Source: a virus
Taxonomy: Duplodnaviria > Caudoviricetes
DNA length: 50,341 nt
IMG/VR virus record: IMGVR_UViG_3300005326_000059
Span: 1 to 50,341 of that record
Direction: 5' to 3' (one strand)
Position 1 is the first letter of the stretch; each line of letters starts with the position of its first letter. The position numbers were made by a program, and so were the translations under genes. This document shows positions 28,048-37,677 of the stretch, piece by piece. A model generated the notes under the pieces. The model saw only the letters and a program-made list of their open reading frames with translations, was not told the DNA's origin and ran no database searches.

Positions 28048-28440
28048 CTAGTTTTTTTGATTAATAAATCTATCGAAATGTTCTTGTCCTTCAAAAAGAG
28101 CTGCGTGTCTGTACGCTCCTGCTCTTCTGGACACAAAAGGATGAACACTGCCATCTCGAATTGCAACCAAGTTGTCTATTAACATAATGCCTTCCTCATT
28201 ATCCCAAAATATCGCTAATTTGCCAATCTGAGGTGGCTTCAACTCCACTCTCTGCGCGTTCTTCCACCCAAAATAAGCTGCTGCATATCTGAGTGCTTCT
28301 CCATAAGAGTCTTCTAATTTGAAGACTAGATATGATTGCCCGTCTTCTATTTTGCGCCACTCTGGGTTAAATGCTTGGCAATCTTTTAAAAATGCGTCCA
28401 TTAGATTTTTGGACTTAGCTTCTACAATAAATCTTTTCAT
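28048..28440 (-). CDS. Hypothetical protein of the modular paralogue family
   Basis: C-terminal GKLAIFWD...YRHA domain. Confidence 0.65.
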   Translation of the reverse strand: MKRFIVEAKSKNLMDAFLKDCQAFNPEWRKIEDGQSYLVFKLEDSYGEALRYAAAYFGWKNAQRVELKPPQIGKLAIFWDNEEGIMLIDNLVAIRDGSVHPFVSRRAGAYRHAALFEGQEHFDRFINQKN

Positions 28441-28443
28441 TTC

Positions 28444-28854
28444 TTAAATTTCAAATACTTCAAATTCAACTCTCGGTCTATCCGAGTAATACTTATCGCA
28501 AATCAAGTTTACCACTTGTTTATCATCGGCATAAATTAATCCATTTGCCGAGTCTAGGATTACCTTGGCTATATTATCCAAGTCAGGTTTCTTATCAGGC
28601 CTTATTTGACCGCTTAGCATCGCCTCCTTCTTCTTCTTAGATGCGCTTGTAGGGATGGCAAAAAAAGCCCTTATTTCTACTTGAAGATATTTACCATCCT
28701 CGAAAAACACTTTTGTGGCAGTTTGGCAAGATAGCTTAACCAACTTCTCATAGCTCATTGTTTTTGCAGGCGTATATACTACTCCTGAGCGGCGGGAGAA
28801 CCGAGGCCTTGCTTTACCTTGTGGTTCCCCATCTATTACAACAAATGCTCTCAT
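28444..28854 (-). CDS. rusA: RusA-family Holliday junction resolvase
   Basis: PQGKARPR and KPDLDNIAK..LDS.NG..Y.DD.QV motifs. Confidence 0.9.
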   Translation of the reverse strand: MRAFVVIDGEPQGKARPRFSRRSGVVYTPAKTMSYEKLVKLSCQTATKVFFEDGKYLQVEIRAFFAIPTSASKKKKEAMLSGQIRPDKKPDLDNIAKVILDSANGLIYADDKQVVNLICDKYYSDRPRVEFEVFEI

Positions 28855-29222
28855 AGCTTGATACCTTGACTAGCCCACATCTCGCGCTCTTTGAATCCCA
28901 TCGTTTTATCTTCTCCTAGGATTGAGCGTTTCTCCCTGCAATACTCTAGGTATTCCACCTCTGTCATTGCGGGCTCTTTAGACTCCCAATTATCAGTCCA
29001 AGACGGCTGCCAAAGACCTACTCTCTTTAAAGTTCGAGAAATCATCTGAGTCACGGGACGAAGTATACCCTCGTCCCTAAGTGAAATAACCTCCTTAGGA
29101 TTCACAATTAACTCTCTTCCTACTCGAGCAAAATCCAAGAGCTCGTCCCCGATGGCATATATGATTCTAATCGGCTTCTGGTCGGCTATCATACTAGCCT
29201 TTTTAACACTAACGAGTTCCAT
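28851..29222 (-). CDS. Hypothetical protein, possible excisionase-like HTH
   Basis: N-terminal LVSVKKAS...RVGRELIV pattern. Confidence 0.4.
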   Translation of the reverse strand: MELVSVKKASMIADQKPIRIIYAIGDELLDFARVGRELIVNPKEVISLRDEGILRPVTQMISRTLKRVGLWQPSWTDNWESKEPAMTEVEYLEYCREKRSILGEDKTMGFKEREMWASQGIKL

Positions 29223-29248
29223 GTAACTTGCTGTTTATTAGTTTATTA

Positions 29249-29602
29249 CTAGAACGGCAAATCATCTTCGCCGCCGCCATTGATAGCATTCACATCCACT
29301 GGAGGGGTTGTTGGAGCTTGTCTCTGCGGTTTTGGAGCCCTAGTAGGGGCTTGTTGTGCTGGAGCGGTCTGAGAGTTATTTTCAAAAATATACTCCTTAC
29401 CATTCCCAATATAGGTCTTTTTAGTTTTGGCTTGCCTCTCTTCTTTTGTTTGGCCGATAGAGACACTGTGTGTGTTACCAAATTGGTCGGCTCCATTGAA
29501 GTTCTTGTCAATGACAATGCTTAGATACTTCTTCTGATTTTTCTCACTCTTAGTGATTTTGTCCGCAGGAATGTCGGACAGACAAATGCTTGCTACAATC
29601 AT
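29249..29602 (-). CDS. Putative ssDNA-binding protein
   Basis: Compact beta domain, Pro/Gln linker, acidic DDLPF tail. Confidence 0.6.
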   Translation of the reverse strand: MIVASICLSDIPADKITKSEKNQKKYLSIVIDKNFNGADQFGNTHSVSIGQTKEERQAKTKKTYIGNGKEYIFENNSQTAPAQQAPTRAPKPQRQAPTTPPVDVNAINGGGEDDLPF

Positions 29603-29628
29603 TTTTTATGTGTTTATTAAAGTTTTTA

Positions 29629-29660
29629 CAAATTTAGGTAATAACTGCTCTTGTTACAAA
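29629..29660 (-). promoter_or_regulatory. Bacteroidota-type promoter
   Basis: TTTG-N20-TAAATTTG on -. Confidence 0.55.
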
Positions 29661-29680
29661 TTAAGTTATTAACATTCAAC

Positions 29681-31516
29681 TTACATTGGTAAGTCGAAAT
29701 CATCTACTCCTGTTGGGAAATCTCCCATAGGCAGGTCTTCATCAGCATACTCGAACTCGGGTTCTTCGTTTAGTGAGTCAAGATAGTTCTTGTTATCCAT
29801 CGCATAGGGCTCTGTAACTTCGGAGTATCTACCATTAGCTAGGTTAAACATCATAAGCCCATCATCAGGAGTCTCGTTGATATGCCCTAGGTTACGGAAC
29901 TTGACTTTTTGGACATACAACTGCGTTTGCTTGCGCTCAAACCACCGATATACCACCAATCCATAGTCGGCTTTATCGAAGAATGTTGAGGAGCCGCTAA
30001 TATCATACATCGTAGGAACTCTCATGCGGCCTCCATCGTTATCCATCTTTTTGGGGTGAGCAACCAATGAAAGCAAGATATTGTATTTGCGACAAAATGC
30101 CGTCAGTTCGCGCAGAAGCGCCTCTATTTGGATGGTTCTCGACTCCTCCGACCCAATTACTGACAAAGCATTAAGAGGGTCTATAACGAGGTGTTTTATG
30201 CCCTTGCGCTTGACTAGCTGTTTTGCCACATCTAGTATTTGGGGGACGGTCGTATTCTCCTCGGGATTTATCCAAAAGAAATTGTCACGGATATACTCGA
30301 ATGCTGCATCAAACTCTAGCTGATTCATTGCTCCTGTTCGAAACCTCTTTCCAATAACCTTCTCCGCTAAGTTGGCTATATGCAGCTCTGTCGGGAAGTT
30401 CTCGGGAGTCCAAAAGGCGGTCTTCCATCCATTAACTGCATTAAGGCGTATAGAAACAAAATCTACTAGGTTACTCTTACCATGACTAGGTATGCCTGAC
30501 CAGATAGCCAATCTACCCGTCTCCCAGCCAATCAAATCATCAATAGGCTTAAAGCCTAGTTTGACACCGCTAGGCATCCCGTTCTGATAAAGAGCTTGTA
30601 GTTTGTCGTATAGCGCATCTACCTCTACCTCTCCTTTCAGCGGAACATCAATAGCGTTATCTAACGCTTTTTTTAATGCCGCTCTTCCTTTTGCGATTAA
30701 TAGCTCATTGGCATCCTTAAACCCATCAAAGGTCACGACAGCACATTTCTCTGCTCCAAGCCGCCTGATAAGCTCTTCTCTTAGCTTTAGACCCGCTTCG
30801 TCAAAGTCTACCGCAATATAAAACTTATCTATTTGGTCTATCTCATCAATATAATTATCAAGATAAGACAGGTCTTTAGCACTTGCTCCATTAGGGACGG
30901 AGACGACATTATTAAAACCCGCCTCCATGAAGGCTAGGGTATCTAATTCTCCTTCCACCCAGACAATGCCTTTATCCCTGATACTGTTGTAGTTAACGAC
31001 TGCTTCAAAGTTATAAAGAATAAGCTCTGCGCCCGATTCTAGCGCAAATGACTTATTGACGCCCCGATATTTTATATTGCGCGGCTTTTCCTCAAGCGGC
31101 ATAAAGAACGGAAAGGCAATAACCTCCGCATCCTGAACCTCCTTAATATTGCCACTAGGCATCTTTATCTTCATATACCGCCTATCGGTATAGATTCTCA
31201 TCTTTTTTAGAGTGGATTGGGATATTGCTCTGCTCTCAAACCATTTCACTGCTTTATCGGATAACTCCGTTAAGTTTTTCCATTCAGGTATCCGATATTC
31301 TTTATGGACTCTTTCCCTGAGTGGTTGATATTTTACAAAGCTAGATGAACAATGGTTACAATATCCCACCTCCTTCTCTATATTCCAAGACAAACACCTA
31401 TCCTTAGCCTTTTTGCGGGTATGCGAACATTTAGGGCACAACATCGTCTCCTCACCACTTTTCTTCGTGACATCAATTTCGTAGGTATTGGGTGAATGTA
31501 GGTCTTTTATTCTCAT
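29681..31516 (-). CDS. Primase-helicase (T7 gp4/Twinkle-like)
   Basis: Zn finger CPKC/CNHC; TOPRIM EGELD, DFD.AG, KDANE; Walker A GIPSHGKS; VIDP, VAHP and DISGS. Confidence 0.9.
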   Translation of the reverse strand: MRIKDLHSPNTYEIDVTKKSGEETMLCPKCSHTRKKAKDRCLSWNIEKEVGYCNHCSSSFVKYQPLRERVHKEYRIPEWKNLTELSDKAVKWFESRAISQSTLKKMRIYTDRRYMKIKMPSGNIKEVQDAEVIAFPFFMPLEEKPRNIKYRGVNKSFALESGAELILYNFEAVVNYNSIRDKGIVWVEGELDTLAFMEAGFNNVVSVPNGASAKDLSYLDNYIDEIDQIDKFYIAVDFDEAGLKLREELIRRLGAEKCAVVTFDGFKDANELLIAKGRAALKKALDNAIDVPLKGEVEVDALYDKLQALYQNGMPSGVKLGFKPIDDLIGWETGRLAIWSGIPSHGKSNLVDFVSIRLNAVNGWKTAFWTPENFPTELHIANLAEKVIGKRFRTGAMNQLEFDAAFEYIRDNFFWINPEENTTVPQILDVAKQLVKRKGIKHLVIDPLNALSVIGSEESRTIQIEALLRELTAFCRKYNILLSLVAHPKKMDNDGGRMRVPTMYDISGSSTFFDKADYGLVVYRWFERKQTQLYVQKVKFRNLGHINETPDDGLMMFNLANGRYSEVTEPYAMDNKNYLDSLNEEPEFEYADEDLPMGDFPTGVDDFDLPM

Positions 31517-31533
31517 ATTTATTGCTTAAAATG

Positions 31534-32034
31534 TTATACAACAAACCCCCTACCATTCATAGGTGCTGATTGCTTATTCTTATAAACCCTGTTAAAAGCC
31601 ATATTTAAGGCCTTGCTGAATGTTAGTCGCCAATTAATTTGCCCTCTCTTCTGCTTCTTGTTCCTCCAACCGCATTCTTGAGACCAATACTCAAAAACGG
31701 CTTTGTCTATTGAGGCAACAATATCCACATTAGGATAGAAGCGTTCCATCTTTTCGAGCCACGCGGTATCTCGTTTTATGTCAGACACGGCTTGCGCTAG
31801 TTCTCGTTTATATATATCAATATCGGTTCTCCATGAAACGGGCGGTTTCACCTTTGCTTTCTCTTTCGACTGATTTAGCTTGTAATTATATCTAACCCCT
31901 TCAAGGAAAACCAATATCAACTCTTCATCAATCTCCGTCTCCGCTATCGAGTATCTCCGAGATAAGTACGCTCTCGCCGCCTTTTTCGCGTCTGACCAAT
32001 CCACGGGCAGCCGCTCGTCTTTCGATTCCATCAT
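31534..32034 (-). CDS. Hypothetical replication-region protein
   Basis: Adjacent to primase-helicase. Confidence 0.55.
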   Translation of the reverse strand: MMESKDERLPVDWSDAKKAARAYLSRRYSIAETEIDEELILVFLEGVRYNYKLNQSKEKAKVKPPVSWRTDIDIYKRELAQAVSDIKRDTAWLEKMERFYPNVDIVASIDKAVFEYWSQECGWRNKKQKRGQINWRLTFSKALNMAFNRVYKNKQSAPMNGRGFVV

Positions 32035-32395
32035 AATACTCCTCCCATTCTTTAGGATTTAGCTTTCTCATCTTTTCTCTTAATTTCAAGTCAAATGACT
32101 TCTTCGGGTAAAACTTAACCCGCAACAACTGAGGTATGTAGTATTCAATGCCATGAGTCTGCTCTATGCTGCCTCCATGAAGATGCTTGGCGTGGCGAAC
32201 AGTCTTTATAGACCCAATTTCAGGCAGGGTTATCTCCTTGCCGTCTACCAACTCCTTAGATATCCTAGCCATGAGCACATCAATCGCCCTACTAGCATCG
32301 GCAATCTTAAAACCCTCATTAAAGAGCCAACGCACCATATCCGCCTTGTTAATCTTCTTGGCTGCTTCTGCTTGGTCTTTCTTTTTGCGCCCCAT
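31928..32395 (-). CDS. HU/IHF-like DNA-binding protein (start at MGRKKK proposed)
   Basis: INKADMV...LVDGKEITLPEIGSIK...VKFYPKKS. Confidence 0.65.
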   Translation of the reverse strand: MGRKKKDQAEAAKKINKADMVRWLFNEGFKIADASRAIDVLMARISKELVDGKEITLPEIGSIKTVRHAKHLHGGSIEQTHGIEYYIPQLLRVKFYPKKSFDLKLREKMRKLNPKEWEEYYDGIERRAAARGLVRREKGGESVLISEILDSGDGD

Positions 32396-32396
32396 A

Positions 32397-32783
32397 TTAC
32401 TTCCTGAGTTGGTTGATGATATGCTTAGCAACCTCGGCGTCCATATGCTGAGAGAGTTCTGCCGTAACATTGTCAAGGTCTTTCTCGCTTACCAAGAACT
32501 GCCTGCCAAATTCACCCAAGGCACTTATGAAGTTATTAAACCTATCATATCCTTTTAGATTTTCATAGGTCTTAATGTAATACATTATAGACGGGTGTGT
32601 TACATTTAAGATATCGGCAATCTGCTGATACTTATAGCCTAACGCTCGTAGCTTGTGTGAAAAATAGCAACGAGCAAATACGATATTCTCCTTGCGAGAC
32701 TTACCCCGCATCAACCCAAGAGTAACCCTTGTTTTCTCCGCTATATGTTTGGCTAACGCCTCTACAACTTTATCCTCTTTCAT
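32397..32783 (-). CDS. HTH protein, DnaA domain IV-like
   Basis: KSRKENIVFAR...YQQIADILNVTHPSIMYY. Confidence 0.7.
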   Translation of the reverse strand: MKEDKVVEALAKHIAEKTRVTLGLMRGKSRKENIVFARCYFSHKLRALGYKYQQIADILNVTHPSIMYYIKTYENLKGYDRFNNFISALGEFGRQFLVSEKDLDNVTAELSQHMDAEVAKHIINQLRK

Positions 32784-33360
32784 CGTTTTTCTCCGTTATT
32801 AAGCACTCTCTGTTACAGTGAGGGCATATAGTGTTGTTTTTTGGTGGCAAAATCATTATATGAGTGTTCTCCGACTGTTTGCCCTCCACAGGGAAGAGTT
32901 TATCCAATTTGTCAATAGCCTTTAACATCAAGTCAAAGTCTTTCTTCTCCGAGGCGTCTCGTATAACTTTCTCAATCGACTTTTTCAGCTCTTGAGGGCT
33001 CATATCTTCTGACTCTATCTCTTCAATTCTTGCCTTAGCCTCAGTTAGCTTGCTTGCTGACTGAATCACCGCTCGCTGAAATATTAACGAGTTGTCTTGA
33101 GCAAAGTTCTTCAATACCTCCTCTACAACTGAATCCATGAACCCCGACTCTAATAAGGTCTTAATGCTCTGTCTGCCAAAGTATTTACTAGCAACTGCGT
33201 CATTAGTTGCGACCTTACCAGATTTAACTAGTGAGTACGAGAGCTTCTTATTGCCCGTCATACGCAAAAGTACACAAGCTCCTAGGTCTTGCATGGTTAA
33301 GAGCGGGTCTATATAGTTCATACTTTCGCGAAAATCCTTAATCCATTTCTCTCCTATCAT
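32770..33360 (-). CDS. Possible terminase small subunit
   Basis: Helical protein with LKAIDKLDK-like oligomerisation segment and C-terminal CPHC. Confidence 0.35.
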   Translation of the reverse strand: MIGEKWIKDFRESMNYIDPLLTMQDLGACVLLRMTGNKKLSYSLVKSGKVATNDAVASKYFGRQSIKTLLESGFMDSVVEEVLKNFAQDNSLIFQRAVIQSASKLTEAKARIEEIESEDMSPQELKKSIEKVIRDASEKKDFDLMLKAIDKLDKLFPVEGKQSENTHIMILPPKNNTICPHCNRECLITEKNDERG

Positions 33361-33372
33361 ATATCATTCATT

Positions 33373-33813
33373 TTATAAGTATCTCCTTTTAGAATCCATT
33401 TCGTATCTTATTTCATTGAGGAACTTATCCTCATTAGCGTCAGGCAGATAAACCTCGGCAGCGTCAAGAGCCCAATCCCTAAAGCGCTGAATAGCGATGC
33501 TTATCTCTTCTGTAGTGCAGTCCGTAACACTCCTAAGTCTCTTGGTGGGTTTACCTAGTATATCATCATGCTGTTCTTCAATAAATATGTCGGGTGAACA
33601 TAATGCTTTAAAGTAATTCCTTTTCACATAGTCAAGAGTATTACCCGTCTCGAGGGCAAAATAGCCTAGCAATAGATGTAGGTAGTTTTGTTGAGGAGGC
33701 GTAGTCAGGGGCTTCTTTTCCGTGAAATCCACTAAAGCCCCTTTCGCTACTGCATCACCAACCCTCTTACGGAGACGACTTTTACCAATCTCTGTACTTA
33801 GGTCGTATAACAT
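33373..33813 (-). CDS. NinB/Orf-like recombination protein
   Basis: QNYLHLLL...G...LRSVTDCTTEE.S..I..F..W......LP pattern. Confidence 0.6.
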   Translation of the reverse strand: MLYDLSTEIGKSRLRKRVGDAVAKGALVDFTEKKPLTTPPQQNYLHLLLGYFALETGNTLDYVKRNYFKALCSPDIFIEEQHDDILGKPTKRLRSVTDCTTEEISIAIQRFRDWALDAAEVYLPDANEDKFLNEIRYEMDSKRRYL

Positions 33814-33818
33814 AACTG

Positions 33819-33929
33819 TTACTTTTTACGCTTAAGTTTCTTGCCACACTCAACACACTGCATTTTCTCTTCATATAGAAGATATTGCTTCATTTCATGG
33901 CTGCAAAACAGTCTTTTAATCCAATTCAT
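33819..33929 (-). CDS. 36-aa Zn-binding microprotein
   Basis: MNWIKRLFCSHE...QCVECGKK; fills the gap between two genes. Confidence 0.5.
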   Translation of the reverse strand: MNWIKRLFCSHEMKQYLLYEEKMQCVECGKKLKRKK

Positions 33930-34860
33930 CTTTATCGTCCTCCTTTATTTTTATTTTCAAGAATCCGCTCTTATTAGTCGTCTTAGTACATTTTGCGTAT
34001 ATGTCAGGAAAGTCTTTTTTAAACTTAGCCGTGTCAACGCCGACAGACGAAGTAGGAGCCACTCTTGTAACAACTATGTTATCCGTCTCCCATTTGGAAA
34101 CACTGTGTTTCTCCATAGCTGCATACAGCTCTTTAACCAAGTTCTCCTTTAACTTCTTGCTCTCTGCTGCCTGAGACTCTACTTCAACAATAGCTGCCTC
34201 AATAACCGACAGTCTTGCTAGCATAGAAGATGCTTCTGCGGGCAGTTCACTAACCTCAAGAGGATACATACTCCCCTCTAACTCGCACTGTATTAGTAGC
34301 CAGATATATTCATCGGGCTTCCTTGGTATTTCGATGAGCTTAGCATTTTCTCCTCTAAGCCAAATACCATAAAGCTTATTAACCTTAACAGTATTAAATA
34401 ACTCGAAGAATACCGCATTGATAGATAGCTGCCAGCTCAGGTATTCCTTGTCGACAGAATATGTTGTCTTATGGTCACATAGGTCAACCATGTCCTCAGG
34501 GCAATCCCCTATTTGAGCAACGAGGTCGGTTTTAGTCGCGAAGTGCTGCTCATCTGAAACAATATACTCATTTGCTATTGCTCGGATATTCACCTGTTCC
34601 TTCAATTTAGCATAAGCAGCTACTTCTTTGGTATCACCAAGAATGCCAACCTTATCATATTGCTCACACTCTCTGTGAATCAAGTCTCCACGGGCGGCTG
34701 CATTCGCTAGTATAGATTTTGGGATGCCGTCATACTTGTCAGGGAATAGCTGTCTGCTTATCATCCCCGTCACACCACTTATCTCTTCACCGCTCGGGGA
34801 AAAGTATTGGTGAGCGTTATCTACATCGTAAAATACGATTGGACTTTTATACAGTTCCAT
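33916..34860 (-). CDS. PD-(D/E)XK exonuclease with C-terminal coiled coil
   Basis: SGVT, RGDLIH, TDL, DHKT and WQLS motifs; coupled to ERF. Confidence 0.75.
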   Translation of the reverse strand: MELYKSPIVFYDVDNAHQYFSPSGEEISGVTGMISRQLFPDKYDGIPKSILANAAARGDLIHRECEQYDKVGILGDTKEVAAYAKLKEQVNIRAIANEYIVSDEQHFATKTDLVAQIGDCPEDMVDLCDHKTTYSVDKEYLSWQLSINAVFFELFNTVKVNKLYGIWLRGENAKLIEIPRKPDEYIWLLIQCELEGSMYPLEVSELPAEASSMLARLSVIEAAIVEVESQAAESKKLKENLVKELYAAMEKHSVSKWETDNIVVTRVAPTSSVGVDTAKFKKDFPDIYAKCTKTTNKSGFLKIKIKEDDKDELD

Positions 34861-35554
34861 TTACAAGCTCCTCCTTTCTTTTCTTACAAGCGTCTATAAA
34901 GTCCTTATTGTCGGCTAGTTGAGGGTATTTGCGGAATACATCTGCAACGCCTAGAGGCTCCTCTTCTGATGCTCTTTTCTCAGACTTAGACAGCTTTAGC
35001 AGCTCCTTAGCCTCATTTAGCTGTTCTCCTATGCCTATCTGGTCAAATGCCCTAGATGCGTTGCTTGGGGTCTCTTGTGGCTTCGGAGCAGGCTTACGAG
35101 TTGGCTTTGGCATTACAGGTGCATTGCTAGTCGGTGCGTTAGGGGCATTATTAGGCTCGCCCTTGCTTTGTGTCTCTTCTTTAGGCATGTCAGGCTCTAG
35201 GTTGTCGTCCAAAAGAAATAGACCGCCTAGCGCATATTTACGGGCGTAAGAAGAACATCCCCCTGTTATCTGAGCGCCATCCATACCTTTCTTAGAATCC
35301 TCTTCGCGAGCAAACGCAGTCACGATAGTAGTAAGCCCCTTGCTATCGGTAAATGTCGCAGTAGCCTTGACATAATGTCTGCCTTCGGCAACAATAATCT
35401 CATCACACATCACTAATTGGCAGTTATGCTTCGCCAATAGCGGTTTAGCAGCTTCGGTGATATCCTCGGCCTTGCGGTAAAAATAATTCCCAAACTTGTT
35501 GAATTGGGCTTTCGGAACCTTTAGCTCCGACTGAATCATAGTTAAATCCGTCAT
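34847..35554 (-). CDS. erf: ERF-family single-strand annealing protein
   Basis: NKFGNY.YR.AEDI and QITGGCSSYARKYALGGLF. Confidence 0.88.
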   Translation of the reverse strand: MTDLTMIQSELKVPKAQFNKFGNYFYRKAEDITEAAKPLLAKHNCQLVMCDEIIVAEGRHYVKATATFTDSKGLTTIVTAFAREEDSKKGMDGAQITGGCSSYARKYALGGLFLLDDNLEPDMPKEETQSKGEPNNAPNAPTSNAPVMPKPTRKPAPKPQETPSNASRAFDQIGIGEQLNEAKELLKLSKSEKRASEEEPLGVADVFRKYPQLADNKDFIDACKKRKEELVNGTV

Positions 35555-35573
35555 GTTTATTTTGTTTTGAATG

Positions 35574-35581
35574 CAAAGATA
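35574..35581 (-). promoter_or_regulatory. Bacteroidota -7 promoter element
   Basis: TATCTTTGCA on - upstream of erf. Confidence 0.5.
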
Positions 35582-35596
35582 CGAAAAAAAGCTCTA

Positions 35597-36709
35597 CTAG
35601 CAATCATATTTTAGCATAAATTCGGGGTTAATTACCTTAAAGGACAAAACCTTCTTTCCATCATCAATACATCTCACAACAATACCCTCTCTCGGGATAT
35701 CAGCTAAAACTGAATTATCCTTACTGTATTCCACGAGCTCCTGTACATTAGAACCGATAGCGCTTAGTTTAGTTATCGTGACAACGGGAACCATCTCCAA
35801 ACCGTTCTTATAGCAAAAGTTAAATATCTCGTTACAATCAAAGTGATAGTTCTTTTCGTGGTCTATAATATTAAAAACCCAGAACCTAGGCTCCTTTATG
35901 CCGTATTTATTTCCCTGAATCTTAGTATCACCCTGCTCACCTTGTATGGTTAGCGTAGGATTCTCTCTAAGTATTTGCTCAATATTATACTTCTTTGCAA
36001 TCCTCCAATAAAGAGAGTTTTTGTCAGAAACGGTAAAGTTTCGGCTGCAAACAACAAAGACATACTTCTTAGGCAATATCTTCCCAAGTAATCCCTCAAA
36101 CCTAGGCAGTAGCTTTCCCGTGAAGGTTACGCTCTGATAATCTATTTTTTCGGTTACATAAACCGTCCTATCGGCAAACTGAGAAATTATGCTCGGATTG
36201 CCCTGTATGCGAAATTCATCGGTCTTTGAAACCCAATAAGGGAACCCCATCTTTTGCTTCCGAGACATGAATAACCTGCGAAACCAAGAGTAACGCAGCA
36301 TAAACTTCTTGAGCTTATTCTTTTCGTTTTTAATCCTAGACTCCTGATTAAGCTCATCTCTCTCACTTGGGCTCAAGTATTTCGTGATACCCAATATATC
36401 TGTAACATCCTGACCAATAGAATAGTCTTTCGGTGGAAGAGAGCTTATTGGCAGCACCAAGCCCTGACTTATTTGCCCTCTAAGTTTTATTGTTCTTACA
36501 CGATACTTTCTATCTTTCAGAAACTCATACTCCTTTCTCTCAGGCATTACGGAGTCTACCTCAACATAGACGACCTTATCGCCTACCGAAAACTCTCCCT
36601 TTTTAACAACGCACTGCCATCCTAGGACGAGCGCTACCTCAATCTTATCTGCTCCGTCAATACTAGATAGTGCAGATATGTACTCAATATGTGCTAATTT
36701 CCTTTCCAT
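35597..36709 (-). CDS. ATP-dependent RNA ligase (DRB0094-like)
   Basis: N-terminal RKLA...GADKIE...GWQCVV...KLRGQISQGL module; TEKID, SRN, QGE, F.VF, EGIV and FKVIN nucleotidyltransferase motifs. Confidence 0.87.
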   Translation of the reverse strand: MERKLAHIEYISALSSIDGADKIEVALVLGWQCVVKKGEFSVGDKVVYVEVDSVMPERKEYEFLKDRKYRVRTIKLRGQISQGLVLPISSLPPKDYSIGQDVTDILGITKYLSPSERDELNQESRIKNEKNKLKKFMLRYSWFRRLFMSRKQKMGFPYWVSKTDEFRIQGNPSIISQFADRTVYVTEKIDYQSVTFTGKLLPRFEGLLGKILPKKYVFVVCSRNFTVSDKNSLYWRIAKKYNIEQILRENPTLTIQGEQGDTKIQGNKYGIKEPRFWVFNIIDHEKNYHFDCNEIFNFCYKNGLEMVPVVTITKLSAIGSNVQELVEYSKDNSVLADIPREGIVVRCIDDGKKVLSFKVINPEFMLKYDC

Positions 36710-37041
36710 TACTTTAGGTTTATCAATTCCTTTTTAATATCCTCAATAGAGTAAAATACCTTTTTACCATGAGCTAAAGCTCGTTCAACCTCCATATCAG
36801 CCCCTCGACTCTCTCCATCTAATCTAAGAACCCAATCACATTGGTCTAGCCATGCAAAATCCCATTCCAGCCACTCCTCCCATGTCATAGGGTGGATAAG
36901 CTCAATAAAATGGGATACTAGCGGAGAGAAGGGGATGAGACCTAACATAAATAGCTCTCGGAAGGCATCAATAGAGCGCCTTACATTTGCGGCCGTATCA
37001 CCAATAGTGTACGGGGACGCGATATATACCTTAATTGCCAT
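36709..37041 (-). CDS. Nucleoside 2-deoxyribosyltransferase-like protein
   Basis: VYIASPY...LDQCD...GESRGADME...A...GK.V. Confidence 0.7.
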   Translation of the reverse strand: MAIKVYIASPYTIGDTAANVRRSIDAFRELFMLGLIPFSPLVSHFIELIHPMTWEEWLEWDFAWLDQCDWVLRLDGESRGADMEVERALAHGKKVFYSIEDIKKELINLK

Positions 37042-37324
37042 GCTTAGCGATGTATTCTTTCATGTAGTTACTAGCGGCAAATTGGGAGACATTTCGCTTC
37101 AAAACCGTTCTGCCAATCTTCTTCTTGCAGCAATTACATCTAGTAGTGATAACTACATTGTAAAGGCATCGGTCTTTACCCCTAACCTTGATGAGATTGT
37201 TTTCTATGCCTATAACAGAGCTTGCGCTACAATCATGGTTGCACTTCATCTTGAAGCCAAAGAATGTTCCTATTTTGTAAATTATTCCTCCGATATACAT
37301 TATCTTGTCGGCGTTAAGTTGCAT
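37031..37324 (-). CDS. Hypothetical Cys/His protein
   Basis: ORF track, overlapping neighbours. Confidence 0.5.
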   Translation of the reverse strand: MQLNADKIMYIGGIIYKIGTFFGFKMKCNHDCSASSVIGIENNLIKVRGKDRCLYNVVITTRCNCCKKKIGRTVLKRNVSQFAASNYMKEYIAKHGN

Positions 37325-37671
37325 AAATATTTTAGCGTACCGAATCGGTATTTATTCACCCTCTTGATGGCGTTCTTCATATTAAGAGCCTCAAAAGGGA
37401 TATTGCGAGAGTCGATATCGCAGCTTTGGTCACTATGGACTCTGCTTTTTATAGCCTTGCCGTGTATTGACTCTCCATCTAGGGATAGCGTAGAGTTTCT
37501 TTTAGGGGTAATCTCGGTTATCTCCTCGGTTCTCGGGTTGTAAACGAAGAGCTTTAAGCCCCTAGTTCTCAAAAATGAGCCTAGGAGCTTATACTCTTGC
37601 TTTTCTTGCTCTACCATCTCCATTTCAGGCTTGGTAGTGCTGTTTTCTTTTACTTTAGGGATTATATCCAT
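37300..37671 (-). CDS. Hypothetical protein
   Basis: ORF track. Confidence 0.6.
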   Translation of the reverse strand: MDIIPKVKENSTTKPEMEMVEQEKQEYKLLGSFLRTRGLKLFVYNPRTEEITEITPKRNSTLSLDGESIHGKAIKSRVHSDQSCDIDSRNIPFEALNMKNAIKRVNKYRFGTLKYLCNLTPTR

Positions 37672-37677
37672 GTTAGC

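Noticed and set aside
36935-37543. 202-aa plus-strand ORF
   Set aside because: Antisense to three tightly packed minus-strand genes; no recognisable motifs.
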